From: Candidatus Woesearchaeota archaeon
Lineage (GTDB): Archaea; Nanobdellota; Nanobdellia; Woesearchaeales; ARS49
DNA length: 64,000 nt
Direction of reading: 5' to 3'
Assembly (NCBI GenBank): GCA_014729505.1
Contig: WJJS01000013.1
Location: 8,457 to 72,456 of the forward strand
Under the pieces are notes generated by a model, which searched no databases, was not told the DNA's origin, and saw only the letters and a program-made list of their open reading frames with translations. Positions 1 through 9,618 of this stretch are shown piece by piece (the first letter of the stretch is position 1; the number at the start of each line of letters is the position of its first letter). A program made the translations under genes and the position numbers.

Positions 1-12
1 TTTTTATCATAC

Positions 13-393
13 TTGGCCTCATCGTGTATGTCAATCTCGTGTGGACCTTTGGACTCTACGCAGACAGCTGGCCAAAAATCTAATAAACCTATGAACGAAC
101 TCATGAATATGAACCGAGAAGAACTCGCAGAAGCACTCCTCACACTGAAAGTCGTAGCAGACAAAGGAGAGGCAGAAACAATAGCAGCAGATCTGCTTGC
201 CACCGAAGACGACATGATCATTGAAGACTTTCTCAGCGTTGTCAAGCAACTACGACACGACTTACTCACCGACATTGCAAAACATAACAAAGAAAAGAAA
301 CACATAGCAAAACTAGTGAACACGCTAGCACATCTCAAACAACATCTTGACGACACAGAATACCTGCTTGGACAGGCTAAAAAGTACCAATGA
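13..393 (+). CDS. hypothetical small alpha-helical protein
   Basis: 126-aa ORF; its stop overlaps the ATG of the next gene (ATGA). No recognisable motif. Confidence 0.4.
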   Translation: MASSCMSISCGPLDSTQTAGQKSNKPMNELMNMNREELAEALLTLKVVADKGEAETIAADLLATEDDMIIEDFLSVVKQLRHDLLTDIAKHNKEKKHIAKLVNTLAHLKQHLDDTEYLLGQAKKYQ

Positions 394-731
394 AACAAGC
401 CATACTCGTACGGCACGATCTGAAACTTTCTCGAGGAAAACTTGCAGCACAAGCAGCACATGCAAGCGTAGAAGCAGTCCTTCGTTCAACAAAAGAACAG
501 ATCAAGAACTGGCATCGCGAAGGTATGAAAAAAATCGTGCTCAAAGTCCCAACAAAAGACATCCTCTACAAGTACATTCAACTGGCAAAAGATGCAGGCC
601 TCACTACTGCCATTATCACGGATGCCGGACACACGCACGTCGCGCCAGGAACAGTAACGTGCGCAGCAATAGGGCCAGACGACGAAGAAAAGATCGATCG
701 CGTTGTTGGCGAACTCTCACTGTACCCGTAA
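390..731 (+). CDS. pth2: peptidyl-tRNA hydrolase, archaeal/eukaryotic PTH2 type
   Basis: 113 aa; family-typical length. Conserved PTH2-like blocks LVRHDLKLSRGKLAAQAAHAS and VAPGTVTCAAIGP. Confidence 0.85.
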   Translation: MKQAILVRHDLKLSRGKLAAQAAHASVEAVLRSTKEQIKNWHREGMKKIVLKVPTKDILYKYIQLAKDAGLTTAIITDAGHTHVAPGTVTCAAIGPDDEEKIDRVVGELSLYP

Positions 732-1622
732 GTACTCCAAAAACTCCTTTGTTCTTGGTAGCTTTTGTTCAAACAAGGTCGAGTACAATTCACGAACAAC
801 AGGACTGCGCAACACAATGCCCGTCGACATATTCAGATGGGTTAAGGCAAGTACGAGTATATTGTCACCAATATCAATTTGCATAGGCACATATTCTTCA
901 ATGGCACGAACCTTTATGTTGCCCTGATTAATAAGAGCAGTAATCTGTTCGACATACTTGTTAAACCAGGACTCTCCAAAAGTATCTTTAATGAGACTGA
1001 TATGATCCAATAAAGTCCATTTCTCGACAATAATATCAAATTTTTTCTGTTCTTCAATCGCTCGGCGATACGTCTGAAAAATAATGTAGAGCGCATCAGC
1101 ATCTACAAAAGAAATCGTTGGACGAAAATCAGCAATAGCACGCCGCAGATCGAGGAACTCCTCAAACTTTTCAGGATACAAAATAAACGGAAACGAACGA
1201 TGAAAACAACTCAAGCGAATATTTTTTGACTCAGAAATGAGCTTAATATGAGCATGCGTATAATCCTCCTTGGACTTGATTAACTCAATATTTTCAGGCG
1301 CATCACCCTTCATCAATTCAAGCACCTCTCCTTCGGCCTTGATGAACTTGTTCATGCGATGACGCATAAAATCAATAACCGCATGATTAAAATCCTCTAT
1401 ATAATATCTGTAGGGTTTTCTTGGTGTACGATATACTAGTTTCATAGCGCACAATTCGTTGAGATACGTATACAACCGACCAAGAGGGATATCAGTTACC
1501 CTTGACAGCTTATCAGCAGGAATATCAGTGTGCTGAGCAACAGTACGCAAAATCAGCACGTGTTTGTTCTTTAGACCATAGTCCTCTTTGAGTTTTTGCA
1601 AGATCCGTTCGCGATCCATCAA
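717..1622 (-). CDS. TrmB-like transcriptional regulator (N-terminal wHTH plus C-terminal TrmB domain)
   Basis: 301 aa. N-terminal HTH-like segment (LILRTVAQHTDIPADKLSRVTDIPLGRLYTYLNELCAMKLV) followed by a long C-terminal domain typical of the archaeal TrmB family. Confidence 0.65.
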   Translation of the reverse strand: MMDRERILQKLKEDYGLKNKHVLILRTVAQHTDIPADKLSRVTDIPLGRLYTYLNELCAMKLVYRTPRKPYRYYIEDFNHAVIDFMRHRMNKFIKAEGEVLELMKGDAPENIELIKSKEDYTHAHIKLISESKNIRLSCFHRSFPFILYPEKFEEFLDLRRAIADFRPTISFVDADALYIIFQTYRRAIEEQKKFDIIVEKWTLLDHISLIKDTFGESWFNKYVEQITALINQGNIKVRAIEEYVPMQIDIGDNILVLALTHLNMSTGIVLRSPVVRELYSTLFEQKLPRTKEFLEYLRVQ

Positions 1623-1928
1623 GCATTCGTATGCGCTGCAAACATATAAAAATATCCGTTTTCAACACGTTTTAACGGATTTTGGTTGGTTAGCCTTATA
1701 TACGATAAAACCATATGATGATTTATAGCCCATGCGAACGTCTCTATTTGCCCACAATTTGAAGAAGCATTCGTACATAAAGAGGAGAATCGGCTCTGTA
1801 CGTCAAGTGAGTGTAAGAAAGATTTCGCTTAGTTTGCCTGTTACCTATTGCGGTAACACACTCATTGCAGGCTAACTACGCGAGGATAGTACTAAAGTCT
1901 TTTATACCGACTTACTGTGAAGAACACT

Positions 1929-2921
1929 ATGGTACGAGTAGCTATTAACGGCTTTGGCCGTATAGGACGACAAGTGCTCCAAGCAGGAATTGGGGATCCC
2001 GCTATTGAATGGGTTGCCATCAATGACTTAAGTAAAGTTGAAGACCTCGCATATCTTCTCAAATACGACAGCGTCTACGGCACATTCCCCGGCACCGTCG
2101 ACGTGAAAGATAACGCGCTCGTGATCAACGGCAAAACCGTACAAGTCTTTTCTGAAAAAAATCCAGCAGCATTACCATGGAACACATTAGACATTGATGT
2201 CGTCTTAGAATGCACAGGATTCTTCACGGCACGAGAAGGTGCTGCACTGCATTTAGATGCAGGAGCAAAAAAAGTACTCATCAGCGCACCAGGAAAAAAC
2301 CCTGACTTTTCCATCGTACGAGGCGTTAACGAACACGAGTATGACAACAAGAAACATCACATCGTCAGCAATTGTTCCTGCACAACCAATGCAAGTGCGC
2401 CATTATGCAAAGTCCTCCACGACAACTTCACCATCAAACGCGGCATGCTTGTCACAGCACACGCATACACCGCATCACAACGACTTATTGATGGACCGTC
2501 AAAAAAGGATCCTCGCAGAGGCCGCCATGCTGCCATTAACATCATTCCCACGTCAACAGGAGCAGCAAAATCAGTCGTTGAAGTCATGCCCGAACTCAAA
2601 GACAAACTCGACGCATTCGCATGGCGAGTACCCGTGCCAGTAGGCAGCATTGTCTCACTCATCTGCGAAGTTAAAAAAGAAGTCACAGAAGAAAAAATAA
2701 ACTGGCTCTTTGAACAAGTCAGCCAACACCATATGAAAGGAATACTCGCCTACGCCAAAGATCCACTCGTCCTTCAAGACATCGTCAAAGACCCGCACTC
2801 AGTCATCTTCGATTCCCACTCAACAAAAATCGTAGACAATACGTTTGTAAACATCAGCGGCTGGTACGATAACGAATGGGGTTTTAGCCATCGTATGGTC
2901 GAAGTCCTCAAATTCTTATAA
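1929..2921 (+). CDS. gap: glyceraldehyde-3-phosphate dehydrogenase, type I (bacterial/eukaryotic type)
   Basis: NGFGRIGR Rossmann motif; catalytic SNCSCTTN block (canonical SNASCTTN); C-terminal WYDNEWGFS. Start taken at MVRVAING; the ORF opens at 1917. Confidence 0.9.
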   Translation: MVRVAINGFGRIGRQVLQAGIGDPAIEWVAINDLSKVEDLAYLLKYDSVYGTFPGTVDVKDNALVINGKTVQVFSEKNPAALPWNTLDIDVVLECTGFFTAREGAALHLDAGAKKVLISAPGKNPDFSIVRGVNEHEYDNKKHHIVSNCSCTTNASAPLCKVLHDNFTIKRGMLVTAHAYTASQRLIDGPSKKDPRRGRHAAINIIPTSTGAAKSVVEVMPELKDKLDAFAWRVPVPVGSIVSLICEVKKEVTEEKINWLFEQVSQHHMKGILAYAKDPLVLQDIVKDPHSVIFDSHSTKIVDNTFVNISGWYDNEWGFSHRMVEVLKFL

Positions 2922-2961
2922 GATCGCAAAACTTAAGAAGAAGCACTGCGAGACACAACCC

Positions 2962-3378
2962 ATGCCACTACAAGAACCAGAAAGCATGGACGATTGCGTC
3001 TACTTCACAAAAAGAGTCATCGATGGAAACACTATCAAAGCATGGGTGTATAAAGGCAAATGTCCAAAATGCGCAAAAGCACTCATGGGAAAACCCGTTG
3101 ATGAAAAAACAGGAAAAGTCAAAATACGCGCAAAAGACTACGTCTGCCCTTCCTGCGGCTACACCGTTGCAAAAGAACAATACGAAGAAACACTCTTTTG
3201 TGAAATCAAGTACAAATGCCCAACCTGCAAAGCAGAAGGAGAAACCAGCGTTCCATTCAAACGAAAAAAAGTCTCTCGCTTTGACGAAGAAAAACAAAAA
3301 CGCGTCTCTGTTGATGCGATACGTTTTGAATGCGGCAGTTGCGGAGCCAAAATCGATATTACAAAAAAGATGAAGTAA
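2962..3378 (+). CDS. multi-CxxC zinc-ribbon protein
   Basis: 138 aa with four CxxC pairs (CPKC, CPSC, CPTC, CGSC), i.e. two predicted zinc ribbons. Confidence 0.5.
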   Translation: MPLQEPESMDDCVYFTKRVIDGNTIKAWVYKGKCPKCAKALMGKPVDEKTGKVKIRAKDYVCPSCGYTVAKEQYEETLFCEIKYKCPTCKAEGETSVPFKRKKVSRFDEEKQKRVSVDAIRFECGSCGAKIDITKKMK

Positions 3379-4135
3379 GTCGCTTGACCTCTATAGACAT
3401 TGCAGGATCGAGAATACGAATCTTTTTTGGACACAACACAAACGGCAGGTCGTGATTCCTGCAATACTTCTCAAGAGCCAAACGTTCTTCATCCGAGGAA
3501 AAACGAACAATCACGTTAATACCCGAATGATGTTTGTGCACGATAGCATACTTATGTAAATCCTTCTTAATATCTTCTGCTTTTGAACGCAACCAGGCAA
3601 GACGCGCGTCAAGACCTGCAAGATGAGACTGCAATTCAGCAATGCGTTCCTTGTCAAAAGAAGCACTCACCTCCCCAAGCCAGTCACTTGGCGCCCCAAC
3701 AAAACCACCATAATGCATATTGACAGGCTTATGCTTTCCAAAACTACCAACAAACACATCACCACAGGATGCAAGATTCGTTCCAATACTACCAGACACG
3801 TCATTAATCAACAAAATACCAAGATCCTTACACCGTTTACGAAGAGCAACCATGTCCTGCTCAAAAGCATATGCCGGCAAGGAATTAAGTATCAACGCGG
3901 CACGAGATACTTTAGGTATTGTTTTATGATCAAGAAGGCCAGCATCGGTCGGCAATTCGAGAATCTCAAACTTTTTTCGCTTAGCATAAGGCACATAAGT
4001 AAGCCACCCTCCCTGATCAGGCGTTAGTATAGTAGAAAAACCTCTGCGTTTCAGCACGCGATACACTGCATCAATAGCATGATCACCACTCTTAACAAGG
4101 ATTTGCACCTCACCGCAGCGATCAAGATGTTTCAT
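3359..4135 (-). CDS. putative PLP-dependent (class V aminotransferase-fold-like) protein, short form
   Basis: 258 aa. LINDVSGSIG and SFGKHKP blocks resemble the Asp and Ser-x-His-Lys PLP-binding motifs of cysteine desulfurase/SepCysS-like enzymes. The assignment is tentative. Confidence 0.35.
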   Translation of the reverse strand: MKHLDRCGEVQILVKSGDHAIDAVYRVLKRRGFSTILTPDQGGWLTYVPYAKRKKFEILELPTDAGLLDHKTIPKVSRAALILNSLPAYAFEQDMVALRKRCKDLGILLINDVSGSIGTNLASCGDVFVGSFGKHKPVNMHYGGFVGAPSDWLGEVSASFDKERIAELQSHLAGLDARLAWLRSKAEDIKKDLHKYAIVHKHHSGINVIVRFSSDEERLALEKYCRNHDLPFVLCPKKIRILDPAMSIEVKRLTSSFL

Positions 4136-4224
4136 ACACTACTCGAATGAGGAAGCGCATATAATACTTTTCCACAAAAACGCACACAGCAAGGTTTAAA
4201 TAGAAAACAACAGCAAAAGAACAC

Positions 4225-6189
4225 ATGAACTCATACTATATTACGACGGCAATCGATTACCCAAACGGTCGCCCGCACATGGGCCACGCTTATGAGAAAA
4301 TCATAGCAGACGCGCTTGCACGATGGCAACGATTGCACCAACAACAAGTATTCAGTTTAACAGGAACAGACGAGAACAGTCAAAAAATCGTAGAAAAAGC
4401 AGAAAAAGAAGGCATTCCCACCAAAGAATTTCTCGACAGAAACGTTACACTCTTCAAAGAACTTTGTGAGAAACTCGATACCTCTTTTGATAACTTTATC
4501 CGTACAACGCTTCCCGAACACAAAAAAACAGCGCAAGAATTGTTTACCAAAGTCTATGAGAAAGGAGATATTTACAAGGGCACGTATAAAGGGTTATACT
4601 GCGTTGGTTGTGAACGATTCTATACGGAAAAAGATCTCGACGACGGCAAATGCCCCGTGCATCTGGAAACAGTTAAACAATTAGAAGAAGAATCCTATTT
4701 CTTTACCCTCTCAAAATACCAAGAACGACTCATCAAACACATCGAAGATCATCCAGAATTCATACAACCAGCACATAAACGCAACGAAATCCTAAACCGA
4801 CTCAAAGAACCATTACAAGATCTCAGTGTAAGCCGCACATCCATTTCATGGGGTATTCCCGTTCCTTTTGACAAAAAACACGTGATCTATGTTTGGTTTG
4901 ACGCACTCATCAATTACCTGTCAGGCATTGACTACCCCTCACAAACATTTCGCACTTTTTGGCCATGCAACGTGCACATTATCGGCAAAGACATCACCTG
5001 GTTTCATACCGTTATCTGGCCGATCATGCTCATGGCAGCAGACATACCACTACCAATTGCTGTGCATTCGCACGGATTTGTCAATCTCAAAGGAGAAAAA
5101 CTCTCAAAAAGTCGAGGCATTATCGTGGATCCACTCTCACTCATCGAAGAATACGGCAGCGATTCAATGCGCTATTACTTACTGCGAGAAATTCCGGCAG
5201 GACAAGACGGGGATTTCTCAGAAGAAGCGCTCGTTGAACGAGCAAATGCAGACCTTGCAGACGCTCTTGGCAATCTCGTGAATCGTGCGTGCGTCATGAT
5301 CAACAAATACTGTGAAGGTAAGATACCAACGCCAGGACGCGCAAGTGCATTAGAAGTTCATCTTGAAGAAAGACTGACAAGCGCTTTTCAAGCAGCAGAC
5401 AAAGCCATGAATTCACTGCACTGGCATAGAGCAGCAGAGTACATCTGGCAATTCATCCATGACGTCAACAAATACGTCAACGACAGTGCACCATGGAAAC
5501 TTGATAACGAACAACAACGGGCAACAGTACTTTACTATCTCGTAGAAGCTATCAGAAATATAACGCTACTTACCCATTCCTTTGTTCCGCGATTAAGTGA
5601 GCGCATCGCCCATATGATAGATCAGGACATCACGCATTTTGCAGATCTAGGTTTTCAATCCACCACAACCGGCACCATCGACACACCGGCAATAGTATTT
5701 TCTAAACTCAGTGTCAAACAAGTTGATCCGTTCAGCAAAGTGCTCCTGAAAGTAGGAGTGATACAAGACGTAACTGATCATCCAAACGCAGACAAACTCT
5801 ATATCCTTAAAGTACAAATAGGTCAAGAAGAACGACAACTCGTCGCAGGCATAAAATCATTCTTTACAAAAGAAGAATTAAGGGGAAAACATATCGTGAT
5901 CGTGGCAAACTTGAAACCGGCAACACTGCGAGGCGTGGAAAGTCAGGGCATGCTCCTAGCCGCAGAAAAAGCACACGACGTGGTATTGATTGAAGCACCA
6001 CACACTCCATCGGGCGAACAAGTAATGGTTGAAGGCATATCAAGTGCAGGCGGACAAATCACATTTGACGAATTCAGCAAGATCACACTCACCACCAAGG
6101 ACCACAAAGTGCTGTACAAAGACAAGTTTTTGCACAGCTCACAAGGCCCGATCACTGCAGATATTGCTGACGGAGCACGTATTCGATGA
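4225..6189 (+). CDS. metG: methionyl-tRNA synthetase with C-terminal EMAP/tRNA-binding domain
   Basis: Class-I HMGH (HIGH-type) and KLSKS motifs; CxxC knuckle (CVGCERF...CPVH); C-terminal OB tRNA-binding domain (VGVIQDVTDHPNADKLYILKVQIG). TATA tttaaata at 4195-4202, about 27 bp upstream of the ATG. Confidence 0.95.
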   Translation: MNSYYITTAIDYPNGRPHMGHAYEKIIADALARWQRLHQQQVFSLTGTDENSQKIVEKAEKEGIPTKEFLDRNVTLFKELCEKLDTSFDNFIRTTLPEHKKTAQELFTKVYEKGDIYKGTYKGLYCVGCERFYTEKDLDDGKCPVHLETVKQLEEESYFFTLSKYQERLIKHIEDHPEFIQPAHKRNEILNRLKEPLQDLSVSRTSISWGIPVPFDKKHVIYVWFDALINYLSGIDYPSQTFRTFWPCNVHIIGKDITWFHTVIWPIMLMAADIPLPIAVHSHGFVNLKGEKLSKSRGIIVDPLSLIEEYGSDSMRYYLLREIPAGQDGDFSEEALVERANADLADALGNLVNRACVMINKYCEGKIPTPGRASALEVHLEERLTSAFQAADKAMNSLHWHRAAEYIWQFIHDVNKYVNDSAPWKLDNEQQRATVLYYLVEAIRNITLLTHSFVPRLSERIAHMIDQDITHFADLGFQSTTTGTIDTPAIVFSKLSVKQVDPFSKVLLKVGVIQDVTDHPNADKLYILKVQIGQEERQLVAGIKSFFTKEELRGKHIVIVANLKPATLRGVESQGMLLAAEKAHDVVLIEAPHTPSGEQVMVEGISSAGGQITFDEFSKITLTTKDHKVLYKDKFLHSSQGPITADIADGARIR

Positions 6190-6776
6190 AATGGGAGGAG
6201 ACACTCCTCATAGCATTCTTTCCCCTCGCCATCATGATTGTCAGCGCTCATGCGCTCGTCTTTTGGCCTGGAGTCTACGAACATTTCCAAACAAAAGAAG
6301 AAGTCGACCTCTCTCATGGCGTTGCCTTAACACACTCGCTTCTCTCCTACTTTACAACAAGCAAGTACACATTACCTGATGCAGAACTGAGCAACAGGGA
6401 AGCAGAACACATTCTCGATGTCAAAATCCTGCTGCATCTGCTGCTTGCAGCAAGCGCACTCTATCTCTTAGTATTCTTGTTTTCTATAGACCACATCAAT
6501 ATGACAAAAGTACTGCTCTATGGTTCGAGTATCACACTGGGACTGCTCGCACTGAGCACGCTCATACCGTTTACTACACTCTTTGTCTTTTTTCACGAAC
6601 TCTTTTTTACGCCCGGCTCGTGGACCTTTGCAAGTGATTCAGCACTTATCCGCGCATACCCTTTTGGATTCTTTTTACGATTTGCAAGCGCTATTGCAGG
6701 ACTCGCAGCAGGACTATGCAGCACACTATTCGCAGTCACCCTTTATCGCACGTTCATGAGCAAACCTCTAGATTAA
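6186..6776 (+). CDS. hypothetical integral membrane protein
   Basis: 196 aa, about 5 hydrophobic segments; start overlaps the metG stop (ATGA). Confidence 0.5.
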   Translation: MKWEETLLIAFFPLAIMIVSAHALVFWPGVYEHFQTKEEVDLSHGVALTHSLLSYFTTSKYTLPDAELSNREAEHILDVKILLHLLLAASALYLLVFLFSIDHINMTKVLLYGSSITLGLLALSTLIPFTTLFVFFHELFFTPGSWTFASDSALIRAYPFGFFLRFASAIAGLAAGLCSTLFAVTLYRTFMSKPLD

Positions 6777-6842
6777 ACCACAATAAAGCTTAAATAAAAA
6801 ATACCATTCGAGAATAGTAAAAAAGTTTTGGGGTTTGATAGT

Positions 6843-8096
6843 ATGGCTCGAATAATTGCACTTGTAATGCTTCTAGGATTTCTTGCAGCGTGTAGCAGCA
6901 CGCCAACAGGAAACGCACCACTGCAAGGATCTGATGATCCACAATTAATGATTTCCGGCGATCCGCTCGACGGAGACACCACTGATTTCAATGATATCAA
7001 CGATGTAGAAGACAGTGTTGACACGCTCGATGACACGCCAACCATTGACGATACACTCGACACGTCAGACGATACCACAGACACTGCAGACACAGAAGAC
7101 CTACCAGTCAAACGTGTCAAAGAAGGCGAACTCGTCAGTTTCAGCAATCTTGCAGCATCAGACCCTGATGGAGACGAGATCACCTTTAGTTTTGAAGAAC
7201 CACTCAATAATAAAGGAGAATGGCAGACAGGACGAGGAGATGCAGGCACATACATCGTCACGATCACGGCAAGCGATGGAACAACAAGTGCGACCCAAGA
7301 CGTCAAAATTATCGTCGAATCCGTCAATGCCGCACCCACAATAGAAGTAGCAGATGTCACCGTAAAAGAAGGAGAAAAAGTAACACTAGCAGTACAAACA
7401 AGCGATGAGAATGATGACGAAGTAACAGTTGTGTTTTCAGGATGGATGGACAGCGCAACACGAGATACAAGCAGCGAAGATATAGGAGAACACGAAGTCA
7501 CCATCACAGCAAGCGACGGTATGGAAACCACCAGCAAAACCATCACCGTCACCGTTATCGACGTCAATCACGCTCCAGTACTCGATGCACTCTCTCCCAT
7601 CGTCGTGACAGAAGGAGAAAAAGTCGTCATTGTGCCAACAGCAAGTGACACTGACAAGGACACACTCACGTACACCTTTTCAGAGCCCGCAGACAAAAAC
7701 GGCATATGGCAAACAAGGAAAGGAGATGAAGGACAATACACCATCACCGTTACTGTTAGCGACGGGGAACTCGAACACAGCATTGATGTGGATGTCACGG
7801 TAGAACATCTCAATACACCGCCAGAACTGTCATTAGCAGATGATCTTATAACCGTTACAGAGGGGGATACCGTCACCATCGCGTACAGCACCAGCGATGA
7901 AGACGACGACGAAGTGACCGTCACCTTTTCAGGTTGGAAAGACAGTGCAACGTTTACCACAACCTATGACGATGCAGGAGAACACACGATCACCGTTACT
8001 GCAAGCGACGGTAAAGACGAAGTGTCACAAGACGTCACGATCATCGTCGAGGACAAGAACAGACCGCCAGTGTTTGACAAAAACGCCTTTATCTAG
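6843..8096 (+). CDS. secreted lipoprotein with four tandem cadherin-like/Ig-like repeats
   Basis: Signal peptide with lipobox (LGFLAACSS). Acidic D/T-rich linker. Four repeats of about 75 aa, each ending ...ITASDG...VT(I/V)xVxxVNxxP. Confidence 0.7.
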   Translation: MARIIALVMLLGFLAACSSTPTGNAPLQGSDDPQLMISGDPLDGDTTDFNDINDVEDSVDTLDDTPTIDDTLDTSDDTTDTADTEDLPVKRVKEGELVSFSNLAASDPDGDEITFSFEEPLNNKGEWQTGRGDAGTYIVTITASDGTTSATQDVKIIVESVNAAPTIEVADVTVKEGEKVTLAVQTSDENDDEVTVVFSGWMDSATRDTSSEDIGEHEVTITASDGMETTSKTITVTVIDVNHAPVLDALSPIVVTEGEKVVIVPTASDTDKDTLTYTFSEPADKNGIWQTRKGDEGQYTITVTVSDGELEHSIDVDVTVEHLNTPPELSLADDLITVTEGDTVTIAYSTSDEDDDEVTVTFSGWKDSATFTTTYDDAGEHTITVTASDGKDEVSQDVTIIVEDKNRPPVFDKNAFI

Positions 8097-8749
8097 GCGT
8101 CCTTTTTTTTCTTATACCATTTTAGCGCGTCACGCACATCCTCAGAACCGAAAGTAGAACCGCTCTTCATGTAAAAAAACGCATAACGGGAATCCCACAA
8201 CAAAAAACCATCGAGTTTTGCAGAACCCACCTGAATAAGCAATTGCGGCGGGATCAACGAAGAAGTAAACAAATTCTCCTTAACCATCTTTGAAGTGATA
8301 AGTTCAGGACTTAAACGACCGCTTTGAATCTGCAGACCAATCAATTTAACAGCCTCAACAACCTCCTCATGACCATCATAATTTACACAAATATTAACAA
8401 AAAAACGATCAAAATCCCTCGTAGATTCAATAACATCCTTGATAGCTTCACGAACCCTCTCAGGAAGATCATACCATTTACCAAGAACGCTGACCTTCAC
8501 CTGCTGCGACGCCCACAATTCACAATTCTTAACATCAGCAAAAAACGAAGCAATCATCGAGGCAAACTCCGTACCAGGTTTTTTTGGAAAACCAAACGTC
8601 ACAATAGGAATCCGTTCTTCAATAATACAACGCACAAGAGGTTCAATCACCTCAAGAGATACTGCAGTAGCAGGCAAGGAAATCGCCACATGCAAAGGCC
8701 CCTGTCCGAAGAGAAAAGACTGCACCATAACATATTTCCATGCAAGCAA
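8093..8749 (-). CDS. degenerate cis-prenyltransferase (UppS-fold) paralog lacking catalytic DGN/RxG motifs
   Basis: Aligns along its length to the UppS family (PLHVAI.., NYDGHEEVVEAV, LLIQVGSAKLDGFLLW). DGNGRW is replaced by SLPATA and there is no C-terminal RxG. Confidence 0.65.
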   Translation of the reverse strand: MLAWKYVMVQSFLFGQGPLHVAISLPATAVSLEVIEPLVRCIIEERIPIVTFGFPKKPGTEFASMIASFFADVKNCELWASQQVKVSVLGKWYDLPERVREAIKDVIESTRDFDRFFVNICVNYDGHEEVVEAVKLIGLQIQSGRLSPELITSKMVKENLFTSSLIPPQLLIQVGSAKLDGFLLWDSRYAFFYMKSGSTFGSEDVRDALKWYKKKKDA

Positions 8750-8781
8750 GCTTTAAATAAGTTAGGACGCATCACAGTACC

Positions 8782-9618
8782 ATGTATATCGCCCTTGTCT
8801 TTGCCATACTGCTCATAGCCACGTACACCGATCTGCGATGGAGAGAAGTACCTGACTGGATCTCATACTCAGGCATACTCGCAGGCATAGGACTGCACGC
8901 AATACAAAGCATTACAGAACAATCAGTACTACCACTACTGCACGGAATAGGAGGGCTAACCTTTACAAGCATTCTGGGCGTAGGACTCTTTTATCTCGGA
9001 CAATGGGGAGGGGGCGACAGTAAAGCACTCATGGCCATGGGCAGTCTGATAGGTCTAGAACCCCGGCTAGACAGTACGCTTTTTACCTTCTTATGCTACC
9101 TCGCCATCGTCGGAGGACTCTACGGCATCATATGGACAGTGGGAAGCGCTGCTCAACACTGGTCGCGCGTCTCAATAGCACTGCGACAACGCTACACACG
9201 AGGAATAATGACCGCACAATTAGCGCTCATCCTTCTCGCACTGGGCATTACAGGAACTGCCATTCATCTTGCACCAACCTCCGACATCCTGATCGCCTCA
9301 TTTTTGCTAGCATTCCTCTTACCACTAACGTTCTTCCTCTTTACAAGCATGCGCGTCATTGAACAACACTGCTTTTTCAAAGAAATACACGTCCGAGAAT
9401 TAACAGAAGGAGACTGGATAGCACACGACATCATTCACGACGGAAAAAGACTCTGCGGACCACAAGATCTCGGCATTTCAACAACACAAATCGCACAAGT
9501 ACAAGAAGCAGGAATACAAAAAATACTGATCAAAACAGGCATGCCGTTTCTCCCAGCATTTCTTATGGCCTTTATCCTCACCACAATACTAGGATCATTA
9601 CTCCCTTATCTATTCTAA
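8782..9618 (+). CDS. type IV prepilin/preflagellin peptidase (A24 family, PibD/FlaK-like)
   Basis: N-terminal TM with first catalytic Asp (IATYTDLRWREVPDW) and second Asp in GGGDSKAL; polytopic membrane protein with C-terminal extension. Confidence 0.8.
   Translation: MYIALVFAILLIATYTDLRWREVPDWISYSGILAGIGLHAIQSITEQSVLPLLHGIGGLTFTSILGVGLFYLGQWGGGDSKALMAMGSLIGLEPRLDSTLFTFLCYLAIVGGLYGIIWTVGSAAQHWSRVSIALRQRYTRGIMTAQLALILLALGITGTAIHLAPTSDILIASFLLAFLLPLTFFLFTSMRVIEQHCFFKEIHVRELTEGDWIAHDIIHDGKRLCGPQDLGISTTQIAQVQEAGIQKILIKTGMPFLPAFLMAFILTTILGSLLPYLF

Noticed and set aside
1623-1916. Possible RNA gene (hairpins ccgtt...aacgg and gcctg ttacc...ggtaa caggc) in a 294-bp intergenic region
   Set aside because: No tRNA cloverleaf or T-loop (GTTCRANYC) could be found; it is more likely promoter/terminator structure for the divergent TrmB-like and gap genes.
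3023-3373. 116-aa alternative-frame ORF overlapping the Zn-ribbon gene
   Set aside because: Same strand but a different frame; the Zn-ribbon frame has periodic CxxC motifs, while this frame is K/N-rich with no motifs.
6773-7567. 264-aa S/T/V-rich ORF on the minus strand
   Set aside because: Shadow ORF antisense to the cadherin-like repeat lipoprotein gene; its low-complexity composition mirrors the repeat DNA.
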